Positions 26,855 to 39,985 of a stretch of DNA of 64,000 bases are shown one piece after another. Position 1 is the first letter of the stretch; each line of letters begins with the position of its first letter. Source of the DNA: Chrysomallon squamiferum (lineage: Eukaryota; Animalia; Mollusca). Position numbers and translations under genes: made by a program. The stretch spans positions 14,880,001 through 14,944,000 of the forward strand of contig CM022668.1 of assembly GCA_012295275.1 (NCBI GenBank), written 5' to 3'. Below the pieces are notes generated by a model, which was not told the origin of the DNA, searched no databases, and saw nothing but the letters and a program-made list of their open reading frames with translations.

Positions 26855-27380
26855 ATAGAAGTAATTTTGCAAAATGACTGCTCAGTTGTTTAAATTACAT
26901 GAATCGAAATAATTTAGAACAATATAAAAATAAAAATCTTCAAAGAAGCGAAATAATTTTGCAAGCAAGACACTGTTTAAAAAAAATGGAAATAATTTAG
27001 AAAAACAATATTCTTTAAACAAGAGAAATAATGTGTGAAAATATCGAATAATTAAATAAATTGTACGATCACTTTCAACGGCTAATTTCTGTCAATCGAA
27101 AAAATCTAGCAAAATATTGTATTAAAATAACTGAACAAACTGTCAGTCATTTTCCCTGATTAACTTTTATGCATCGAAATAATTTAGAAAAAAAAAAAAA
27201 AAAAAAAAAAAAATATCATGACTGAAATAAACGATGAAACTGTACAATCATTTCAAATTCTATGAATCGGAATAATTTATCAAAATTATCGAAAGTAAAA
27301 CAAGTGAACAAATTGCCAGCGATTTTGAAATTTTCATGAATCGAAATAATTTCAGCAAAACATCGTACTGAATGAAATAA
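26855..27380. repeat. Degenerate array of an ATCGAAATAATTT-like motif (~9 copies, irregular spacing)
   Basis: gaaataattt or close variants near 26858, 26906, 26950, 26990, 27025, 27098, 27176, 27270 and 27343. Confidence 0.65.
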
Positions 27381-27535
27381 GCGCGCTAATTTTTCAATAC
27401 CATTGTCTGTTTACTTTTATTTCCGGGCACACAGAAAACTTCCCTTTCGCTCAAACTATTCACACACACACACACACACGATGGTGAACCTGGATCTACT
27501 TTGCGATTTACTGTCAGTATCGTTTTCACAAGAAA

Positions 27536-27570
<35 letters not shown>

Positions 27571-27843
27571 TGTCTGACCGTCCTTTATTTCATTTCCACT
27601 AACTTATTTGACTCTTTTACAATGGCCAGCCACGCTGTATTGGACAAACAGAAAATAAATTAACTCGATATGAACTTATTTGAAGCGCCGCCATTGATAA
27701 GCCGCTGACAATATTGACTGTACGAACAATACCGTTTAACAAACGCGGACCTGAAACGACAACGTCAAGTTTAAACGTCAGTTTTTCTCATATTCTTATT
27801 TTAGCGTTAAGTCCTTGCAATCATAAGCGCTTTCTGAGTGAAG

Positions 27844-27890
<47 letters not shown>

Positions 27891-27951
27891 AGAAGAAGAA
27901 GAAAAAAAATCATGTATAGCTTGTCCCATTTCTTAATCCATACGAGACAAT

Positions 27952-27992
<41 letters not shown>

Positions 27993-28653
27993 TTATCTTT
28001 GTACACCCCAACAATTACACGAGACTTGTTATTTGGCCAGGCTACCTCAAACCTCGCATAAAAGAATCTTTTCAGATTTTTTTTTTTTTTTCTTCTTCTC
28101 CTACTCCATTTTTTTTTTTTTTTTTTTTTCCGCGAAATGACTTTGGTGCAGTGTTTTGCGGGCCCGGGTTTTCAAGTAGTTACAGCCATATATTGCTAAA
28201 GACGCCACCGGTGACCTCTGACAACGGCTGTCAATACGTCTGCGGCTTTGATCTGTTGTTAGCTCGAGAAGTAAGGTCTCGCACACCGCGCGCGCTCTCT
28301 CTCTGTCTGATTGTCTTCTGCTTTCTCCGGCCTCGTTGTGAACGTTAACTTACTAACGTTTGTCCGGAGATACGGGAGTACTGTGTAATTACTGTCACAT
28401 TCGTTCTTTATGTTCAGAGTCGAAAGATTTTTTACTAATTCCAAGCGATTCTGCTTTGTTTTCGGTATTTCCTCATGTATTTGTTTATTTATTTACTTAT
28501 ACACACATATATATATATATATATGTCTATATATATATATATACACATACATACATACATATGTATATAAACGCACACACACATACAGAATGTATAGACT
28601 TTTATAAATTTACTTGCTTATTTTTAATTTATTATTTATTTACTTATTTATTT

Positions 28654-28696
<43 letters not shown>

Positions 28697-28858
28697 TTTG
28701 TGTATATATTATATGTTATAATTAAAAATATAAACATAAACGTTATTATTTAAGTCTTATTACTGAATCTTAATTAACAGTTAATTTGTATTGTTAAAAA
28801 AATGATTATCACACGCCTGTCTATTTCTTACAATGTTTTCTTAGGTATATTCATTTCT

Positions 28859-28898
<40 letters not shown>

Positions 28899-29452
28899 TA
28901 ATAATTAATTTAATATTAGCTTTGTTATATACATAATCTCCAATCATTTATAGTATTAAAAATGTTAGTAAGTACAGATGTTAGTTTAGTAAGTATGAAT
29001 GTATGTGTGTGCATCTGTATATGTGTATATGTATGTATGTATATATATATGGATGTATATTTGAATTTGCATAGATGTTTATATGTGTCTATGGTATACG
29101 GATGTGTATATCTCCTTCGTTTATATTTTTTCATGAATGCCTCTAAATACAAAATAAATATTTGAAGAAAAGAAAAACTAAAGAAAACCTAGCGCAACCT
29201 ACTGGAATATTTAGTGTATTTGCGCCTTCTGCTGACATTAAAATGTGTACAGCTCCATGTTGAGCGATTTGAACGTTTTTCTGGATATCGAAGTGCGTGT
29301 AAAAATGTCTTCTGAATTGTGACTGTGACATCCTCTCGTTTCCTAGCAACGGGTCAACGGGCGTAGATGACAAAGCAAACAATAATGTGTCTAAGCAACT
29401 AGATTGTCTGACTGAACATTTTTACTTCTTAGTAAGATAGATGGATCGCAAC

Positions 29453-29520
<68 letters not shown>

Positions 29521-29655
29521 TATATATAGGGAGAAAGGAGGAGAAATTCATATCAATGTATCGCGTTTAAAAAGTATGTTAATATTTTAATTATTGTAAG
29601 AGTATAAAACAATATACATTACTGAATTATTATTATATTTAATTTACAGAGAGAG

Positions 29656-29720
<65 letters not shown>

Positions 29721-29988
29721 ATTCTAAAGATAAATCTAAGTCTAGAAACACCCCCTCTAGAACTGCCCTAGAACGTGGCATGCTTTACACAGATTGTATT
29801 GACGTGATACTTTTCATTATGGTGAAATTGAAAACTTTGTCATGCGTAGCGAACCGTGTTAACACGCAAACACCCGCGTTAAGTGAGGCTAATTTGTAAA
29901 TACCATCGCTTAACCCAAGTTAGATTGGGAAAAAAAGTAAAATATGACGAAATAAAAGTAAAATAAAATAAAATAAAATAAAATAAAA

Positions 29989-30019
<31 letters not shown>

Positions 30020-30155
30020 ATGAAATTAAGAACAGAAAGAGATAGGTAGATAGATAAATAAATAAAAATATAAATAAATAAATAAATAAATAAATAATAA
30101 AAATTTATATTTATAATTTATATTTATAATTTATATTTAAAGTTTATATATATAG

Positions 30156-30196
<41 letters not shown>

Positions 30197-30738
30197 AATA
30201 AATATTATTATACAAGTAAACAATAAATACACTGATAACTAAAGATAACGTACAGTTAAATAACATACAGAGCAAATAATAACATCTTTAACTAACGTTT
30301 CTTTCCTAATAGTAATAAATAATTAGATACGAAAATATGTAACTAAATCTACTGTGAATGAATGAATTAGGCAGGTGAACAAGTATACAGATTTCATGAA
30401 GAACTGAAGCTAAAGAAAATAATTATTGAAAACGTTTGACAGAAATAGTTTGAACTGAAGAATGATGTTAAGCTGGATGATATGATGATCGGATGAATAA
30501 ATGATGGACTGAGAGGTTATTGGTAAAAAAATGATATAAGAGAAATAAGTTTTATATATATTTTACTGAAAACTTATAGAGGCAGGTATTTAAATTTTTA
30601 ACGCTTGTTTTAAGAATAACGAAAATACAAATAGTGGAGAATATGATTTGCCTTAAGCAAAGTAAACGACAATATTATCAGAACTATGATTTTGAACGTG
30701 ATTATACGTACATATATGTATGTATATGTATATATATG

Positions 30739-30808
<70 letters not shown>

Positions 30809-31339
30809 GATAGATCGATAGATCGATAGATAGATAGATGCACGTACATACACACACATAATATGATGTATTAAAGGGATAAATAAATAAATAAATATTT
30901 ACGAAACAGCTAAAGATGATACATTTAAATATTAATTTTAATAATAAAATAGAATAACTGTATTTTTTTTATTTAACAATCACTCTTTATTTAAACTTTA
31001 TTTGTAAAATATGATCCTGAAATTTCTGCTAGTAAGTGAAAAATAAATACTAAAACAAAATAGTTTTTATTTGAATAAGAAACTATATTTGACGCTTAAA
31101 TTCAGAAAATATTTAAATATATTGATATATTGTTAAACATTTATTCATTCATTCTTTCTTTCAGTTATTTATTCATTCTTAGTTTAGGTTATTTATTAAG
31201 TGAAGTAACAGTATTTATTTTATTGTTTGCTGATATTATTAAATAAATAAATAAATAAATAAATAGGTAAATATATAAATAAATAAATAAATAAATAAAT
31301 AAGTAAGTAAATAAGAAAGTAAGCAAATAAATAAATAAA

Positions 31340-31376
<37 letters not shown>

Positions 31377-32554
31377 CAAAAAAATAATTACAGTTCACAA
31401 ATACACACACAAAAATGGTGGAAACCGCAGCAAACAATAAACTTCAAGATTTATTATTTTTTTTACGTTTGTTTTTGTTTTGTATTTAACTATTTTTGAA
31501 AAATACTACTTTCCAGAAGAAATTAAAGTTAATCATTCTCTCAGCGTTAACTTTCTTAAGCGTCGCTTTAGCCATTTTTCTTTACGTTTGCTCGATTTCG
31601 ACTTAAAAGCGTGTTTGTCTATTTGACAAAAAAAAAAAAAAAAAGAAAAAGAAGAAAAACGAGCCTTAATCCTTCAGTGTATTTATTCTTGACTATCTCC
31701 GAGACGGTATTTTCGAAAAGTCCTTTGAGCAACCAAAGCCGTTGCATTTTCTTAGGAATCTGTCGATTATGCACTAATTTCAGCCGCCGAAAAGCGGCAA
31801 ACACACGTATACAAGATGACAGGGATGCGAGGGAAAGGATGGGTGGTGTGTAAGAGAAGAAAATCCAGTAACATTGTCCCGACACAAGGACTTTTTGCGG
31901 CGTAATTGTGAGGGATCGCTTGACGTCGGTAAAGCGCGCTTATGTAAATATAGATGTTGAGTGGAAAATAGCATCGTCAGATTTATTAGCGGGAAGGGTT
32001 GAAGAAAGAGAAATGGAGAGAAATATTATTAAAATTAGATGGGCGTGGTTATTGTGTCTATATCAGTGTATAGCTACGTAATAACTACTTTATATATATA
32101 TATATATTTTATTATGTTATTATATATATATATATATATATTATTATTATATGTATTATAATAATTTTAAGAAGAAATGAATTATATTTAACATTATTTT
32201 ATAATAACTTTGAATTTCTTTCTTTTAAAATTATTTTCTTTTCTTTTTTTTTTTCTTTAATTTTTGATGTATACATATGGTTTTAAATTTAGGCTTTTAA
32301 AATTATTACAGTTATTTATTATTTTTAATCTTATTTCTAGTTTAAATACGAAATTTAAGATTTAAACAATATTTTATATTTTATCACAAATTTGGATTTT
32401 ATTATCTAATAAAAAATAAATATTTTGATATTAAATAATGTCTGAATTTAACTTAATGATTTAAATGTTTTTATTTAATTATGATAATATACTTATATTA
32501 TTTAGCGTAAATGACAGTAATATAATAATAATAAAAATGATAATGATAATAATG

Positions 32555-32605
<51 letters not shown>

Positions 32606-33778
32606 TAGTACTAATAATATACTAAATATTTTTTCATTAAATATCGACTACTATTTTAATATAAAATAAGAAAGAAAATATCAATTATAATATAAATATA
32701 TAAATAAAATATTATGATACTGATTATAAAGGAAAACATATAATTTTAAACAAACATTTAAAATTTATTTTATATCCAACTCTTAATATTTAACATTTTC
32801 TTTGACAACTTAGAAAAAACATTTAATAATAATTAGGCAATGAGAATATTATGGTAACCTTTCAAAGTTAAAAAGCCCTACTTTTGAAACACTTATTATA
32901 GTTGTATACACACATATATATATATAACTCTGAATTATTAATATACACTGTTGTCGTTTATGAAATTAGAAATATTGATTTTAAATTACTCCAGAATGAA
33001 TTAGTAAAGTTAACAAACTATTTAAAATACTAAAATAAACGTTTAATGTGTAGCATCTTCAATGAGGAAATTTGGGATATCTACTAAAACAACAACATCA
33101 ACAGCAACAACAACAACAACACCCCCCCCCAAACAAAAAAAATAATAATAATGCAGATATCTTAATACGATGAACACAAACTTACAGACGGTCTATTTAA
33201 AAATACTAAAAATATCTTAATTAACACACACCTCTATGAACCAGAAAACCTACGCACGCATATTTAAAAATACTAAAACTATCTTTAACCGATTAACCTA
33301 CGTCACCATGGTAATTAAAAACCGAGTGATAACCCGAACAACGAATCAAACGAAAGGTTAAAAATATTTAGTCTGTGATTTATTTTAAAGTGTACATTTC
33401 ACTCGTCGCTCGCTATCAGAAAACGTCTTGTTAGTCGCTGACTGAAATAAACATGCGTGAAATGTACAATATTCGACGTAGTCTATTTCTTCATTTAACC
33501 GTTAAACCGCGCGCCGTCTGTGAAATATACATCGTACCGCACAGCGGTGTATAAAGTGTTTATTAGAGGGTTAGTTTAAAATGAATTTTTTTTTTTTTTT
33601 TTTTTTTTTTTTAATGTGAAATTTAAATAAAAGAGAATGTGAAATGCTGTTTTTTTTATTTATTTAGTAATTGTTTTTTCTTTTAATTTTTGTTTCAGTA
33701 ATAGATTTTTTTTTTTTGAAAAGAAAATGGAAAATAAAATAAAATAAAATAAAATAAAATAAAATAAATAAATAAACA

Positions 33779-33856
<78 letters not shown>

Positions 33857-34470
33857 AATAAAGCCAATAGAATAAAATAAAATAAAATGAAATATTTGTT
33901 TGATCAAAATTACTTCATAAAATATTTATTTAAGTAAAATAAATTAAAGAAAAAGAAAAAGATAATGATGATGATAATAATAATACTAATACTAATACTA
34001 ATAATAATAATAAACATAAATAAATAAATAAATAAATAAATAAAGCCAATAGAATAAAATAAAATAAAATGAAATAAAATAAAATAAAATAAAGTGAAAT
34101 AAAATAAAATAAAATAAAATAACAGCTATTTGCTTGGCTATTTGTATGAAAATTAAATTAATATTAATAAATATAAATATTGTTCATATATGTATATACA
34201 CTTCACGTCATTTTTTAATATATGCCTGTGACCCTTGAACTTTATAGCTAATAACTGCATTAATAACCTCTTATTGGTCTTAACAAAACAAGAACTTTTA
34301 AAATATTATTTCGTAAAATAATATGATAAATTATTTCGGAAAGGAATATAATAAATTATTTCGGAAAGAAGTAAAATTTAATAGTTATTGTTATTGTTGT
34401 TGTTATTAATAATTTATTATTACTGCTATTATTATTGTTGTTGTTGTTGTTGTTGTTATTATTATTATTA

Positions 34471-34528
<58 letters not shown>

Positions 34529-34986
34529 GATAAACAATTGTAAAACATAATTTGTAAATATTTGTGTGTATATCTAAAATTATGTATGTATATATGTATT
34601 TACGTATGAGTATATGTGCGTATGTGTGTGTGTATCTATCTATCTACCTATATATCTATCTATCTATCAATATTTGTATATATGTATGTACGTACGTATG
34701 TAATATAATATACACACAGACACGCATGTACATACTACGCTTCATTTATCCTTCTCTCCATTCTCTCTGCATTCCTTCAGTCGCTTCTATCTATCACTTG
34801 TCCATTCATTTCTTTTCTAATTAATCCCTTCTTTCCATCATTTGTCTATGTACCTACTTTTCAATAACTTTCTACCTTTCTTTTTTCTTAAAAAGAAAAA
34901 AAAAAAAAAAGGAAAAAGAAAAAGAAAAAATAATGTACTGTTTCTAATTATAATTAATTAATTTTCCTTAAGTACAAAATACTTAC

Positions 34987-35060
34987 CACCACAATCCAAT
35001 GATGTTTGTTGGAAACATCAAAAAAAAGTACAGACATAAAAGAACACCCCGTATTCGCAT
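34987..35060 (-). CDS. Wnt6: Wnt6 coding exon 1 (signal peptide), MRIRGVLLCLYFFLMFPTNIIGLW + TG
   Basis: Manual translation (not in the ORF track). ATG at 35060, basic N-terminus then a hydrophobic core, ending GLW-TG|GTAAGT (canonical donor). Phase 2 joins the first G of exon 2 to give GLWWAVGSPL, the Wnt6 N-terminal signature. 74 nt. Confidence 0.9.
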
Positions 35061-36102
35061 TTTTCTCAAAGAATTCACAAGTAAAGGTTACTTAGCAAGA
35101 GTATATATATATATATATACTTCTTAAATATATATATATATAGATATATTTAATCTATCTACATTCACATACACAAAGAAAACAGATATATTTTCTCTCG
35201 TTTGGAAGCCGTTAATGTCGTAGACTCGATAGAAAAAATTCAGAATTCCAGTGGAAAAGAAAAAACCGATCGAATAATTAACACAATGCAACACACACGC
35301 ACACAAAAACCGAAACTCCAGTCGTTAATTTCGTTTTCCGTTTTCGTTCCAAAATGAAGTGAGTAATTTATAAAACATTAAAATTGTTCGTTCACACTTT
35401 CTGGAAATATCGCTGTCGGAATACCTTCGTACTTCTGTCAACAGGCGGCGCTGATTTTTCTTGAATTCTTTTTTTCTTTTTTTCTTGGGCAATTTTCAGA
35501 AATATATATATATATATGTATGTATATACATACATACATAGATTTTGCGTTTATCAAGAAAAGAAAAGAAGTATTATTTATTTGTTGTAAATATTACAGT
35601 AAGTAATATTTCCAACGCACCAAAAAATCCATTACAGGTGTCGTCAAAAGAAATTAACAAGTTGTACATTTCAACGAATAGATCCAGTTATATTATTATT
35701 TTTTCTTCTTCTTCTTCTTTTTCCTTTTTTCCTTTTGCTTCTTTTATTTGTTTATGACTGAACAATTAAACAAAACAAAACAAAAATAAGCTAATCCTTG
35801 GCGAGTCTCACTCGCCTGATTGCCGTGTCTCACTCGCCTTATTGCCGTTTGTGACGTCTGCGGATATTTGAACTCTCCTGCCTCTCCTACAACTCTTTTC
35901 GTTTCGGCAATAAAAAAAAAAAAAAAAAAAAAAATAAAAAAAAAAAAAAAAAAAAAAAAATAAAAATAAAATGGGAAAAAAATAAAATAAAAATAAAATA
36001 AAAAACAGAAGGAGAGAGATCGTGAACACACCTAGCAATCAGAATTGTTTAAGCATATGTATTCCTACGAAAAGTCACTCCTTAACGTTACGATCCTGAA
36101 GA

Positions 36103-36135
<33 letters not shown>

Positions 36136-36556
36136 AATAATAATAATAATAAAAAAAAAACGAGGAATTAAAAAATAATAATAATAAAAATAATAATAAT
36201 AATAAAAAAATAATAATAAAAATTTTTGGCAAAAAAAAAAAAAAAAAAAAAAAAAAATAACAAAACGTTAACTCTCACGACAGAATTCCATGAAAATTCA
36301 TCTCCGGTCGAATGGAAATCGCAGTCGCTGCCTCAGTTTGCATTTCACTGGGAGCGGTTCCTCTTCGGGGTTGCAATTCCAGCGCGGGTAGTAGTTCTTG
36401 GGCCGGAAAAAGACTTTCCCAGTTTGATTCGTTCCTAAAAAAATTTCGTAGAACGGGTGGCGCATGGTAGCGAGTTTTCACTCCGTGACTACATCACACT
36501 CCTCTCAGTCGCAATCAGTCGCAAATCTCTACGTTTCTCGTTATCTGCGGGACTGC

Positions 36557-36596
<40 letters not shown>

Positions 36597-36670
36597 GCAG
36601 AACTGCGATGTCGTCTGCACACGTGTATCCGAGTGGTTAAAACTGAGTGCTCGTAGAAACGTCAGAAATC
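35061..36670 (-). promoter_or_regulatory. Candidate Wnt6 5' UTR and promoter region
   Basis: Directly upstream of the ATG. Contains CpG-containing unique blocks (about 35200-35460, 35790-35910, 36270-36665) among A-rich tracts, and Inr-like TCAGT on the minus strand near 35757 and 36645. The TSS cannot be determined from sequence. Confidence 0.4.
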
Positions 36671-36943
36671 TGAAAAAAATAAAGAAATAATAAATAATAT
36701 GAATAAAAAAGAATAAATATAATAATTAAATGGAATAACTATTGTTTTTGAAATAAATGTAATGTTATAAATATACAAATTCTAAATAAAATGACAGATA
36801 ATAAAATGAGAGTAGTTGGCAGGCGAAATATTAAAATATTAAATGCAAATAACTATTGCTAGTATTGCTGATCCTCCTTCTAGTACTACAAAAACAACAA
36901 CAACAACTACTACTACTACTACCACTGCTGTAATAAATACATA

Positions 36944-36975
<32 letters not shown>

Positions 36976-36983
36976 TAATAATC

Positions 36984-37021
<38 letters not shown>

Positions 37022-37151
37022 TATAAAGTACTAATGCTAAACATGATAAAAATAGTAGTGGTGGTTGTAGTAGTAGTAATAATAATAACAGTAACAACAA
37101 AAAATAAATAATAACAACATCAACAGTAATAACAATAATAACGACAGTGAA

Positions 37152-37183
<32 letters not shown>

Positions 37184-38265
37184 TAATAACAATAATAATA
37201 AAATATAATAATAATAGTTATAATAAAAATACAAATAACAACGACAACAACAACAACAATACAAACCAATTACACATCCACTTTTTCTCGAGTCATCGAC
37301 TAACCCCTCCCCCCAGTACATAAACAAACACCTCCCCCCTCTTTTCTTACCCGCCCCTAAACCAAAAAAAAAAAAAAAAAAAATAATAAAAAAAATTATA
37401 TAAACCTCTAACTGACAATTTAGAAGAAAAAAAAAAGACAAAAAAAAAAAAAGAAATAAAACGAAAAAGAAATAATATTACTTTTCCACAAACGCGCCTC
37501 AAGAAAAAACGACCGAACCGGCCTCGTAACTTGTTTCTCGTCCGAAGGAAAGAATTGTAACTACTCGAGAGTGAATATCGTCAATTGAAGTGAATGCAGA
37601 GAGACTTCGCTCTGATCTCAGGGGCGAGAGAAGCGCCTTACAATAGCCTATACAAGCCAGACTGTCACCTCTGGGTTAGCGATATTGTTAACCACAAACA
37701 CAAACACGTGATAAGCCGACGAGAGAGTGATAGAGAGAGAGAAAAGAGAGAGAGAGAGTACGAGAGAGACAGAGAGAGAGAGTTGTCGATAGAGACGTAA
37801 AGAGTTTATTGTTAATAGAGTTTGAGAAGTAACGGTGTGTGTTAGTGTGTGTAAATGTGAGGGGATGGGAGATTAGTGTTTATTAAGTGTGTGTGTCTAT
37901 GTGTGTGTCTGTGTGCTTGTTGTTTGTGTGTGTGTGTGTTTTTCTGCGTTTGTTTTTGTACTTTCGTGTTAATGAAAGTTTACGGATTAATTTATGTAAT
38001 TATGTTTATTTATTTATTTATTTATTTGTTTATTTTAGTATTTTATTTTAAATTTGTAAGTAAACGTTTCCTAATTCCGCCTCTTTATTTCCGTACATGA
38101 GATAGATAGACAGACAGATAGACAGATAGAGAGAACGACAGAGAAAGAGAGAGAAAAGAGGAAATAAAGACACGTAGACAATATAAAACTAACATAATTA
38201 GACTGAGAGACGAGAGAGAGACAGAAAGATAGCGATAGGTAGATATATAAACTGACATACCGACG

Positions 38266-38332
<67 letters not shown>

Positions 38333-38841
38333 AGAGACAAAGAGAGAAAGAGGGACAGCGAAGACAAAACAATAACGATAATAGTAATAAAAAAAAATAA
38401 TAAAAAATAAAAAGTAAAAATAAAATTATAATAAAATAAAAAAAAAAATACAAAAATAAAAAAATAAAAAAGTAAATACAAAAAAGCCAAAACAAAAACC
38501 TACCTGTAATTCTTGAATACAGACCCACACAAAACAACACAGATATATATATATATCTATATAATACAAGACACACTCAGTGACTGAATAACTGAAGAAA
38601 AAAAAAAAAACTAACGTCTTGTTTCGTATCCGCTACTGACACTTCAGTTTAATACAGGAGGAGCTAAGAAAGAGAAGTAATTTTACTATCTCTACCCGCT
38701 AGCGTAGTCGGATCACGCGATACGGAGATCCCCAGCCAGTGCACGCAGTTTCCAGTTAGTCGAACACACCGGGCTCGTTTCATAGGTGCTGTCTTAGTCT
38801 GGTTCTTTTAATACGAACAAGTCATACGTGTATATTATATA

Positions 38842-38920
<79 letters not shown>

Positions 38921-39450
38921 GTATGTATGTATGTATGTATATATATATCTAGAAAGATAGGTATTAAAAAAAAAAGGACATACTCTCTGTATACTGTAAT
39001 GATAACAAAAAAATTCGCTTAAGGATGTATTAACCGGAGAATATAATGCGTTGATGATTTATCATTGTTTTTGTTTTTTTGCTGAGGTTGTGTAAAATTT
39101 GTTTGTTTGTTTGTGTTATTTGTTTGTTAATTTGTGTTATTTGTTTGTTTATTCATTTATTTTATATTCTTGTATTTTGCTTTCTTTCTTTCTTTCTTTC
39201 TATCGTTCTTTCTTTTCTTTCATTATTTATTCATTTATTTATTATCTGACTGAGATAAAATACTGATGGTAAAATATGCAGAAATGACGACATCAGCAGC
39301 TTAAACAATGTAAATGTTCTCTGCTCAGGTGAAACTGAACAACAACTGAATGACTACAGCGTCAGCAGCAGCAACAACAACTATTATTATAATTACTTGT
39401 TACTGTGAAGGTGGTAGTAGCAGTTGTGAGGGTCGTAGTAGTAGTAGTGG

Positions 39451-39491
<41 letters not shown>

Positions 39492-39928
39492 GTAATATTA
39501 ATTTTAGAAATAGTAATAACAATTGATGTAGCGATAATGATAACAAAACAACAACAGCAACCACAACAATAATAACAACGACGACAACAACAGAAATATC
39601 TATAGTAACAACAGTAGCAGCAGCAGCAGTAGTAGTAGTAGTAGTAGTAGTAAAAAATGTGGTAGTGGTGGTAATAGCAGTAGTAGTATAATAGTAATAG
39701 TAGTAGTAGCAATAGTAGTAGTAGTAGTAGTAAATGTGGTAGTAGTAGTGGTTGTGGTTCAATAATAGTAATAGAAGTGGAAGTGGTAGAAACTGTAGTA
39801 GTTGTAGTAGTAGTAGTAGTAGTAGTGTAGTGGTTGTAGTAGTGGTGGCAGTAGTAGTATTTTAATGGTAATGATGAAGATAGTAGAAATAGTAGTTGTA
39901 ATTATAACTGTATTAATAGTAGTAGCAC

Positions 39929-39985
<57 letters not shown>

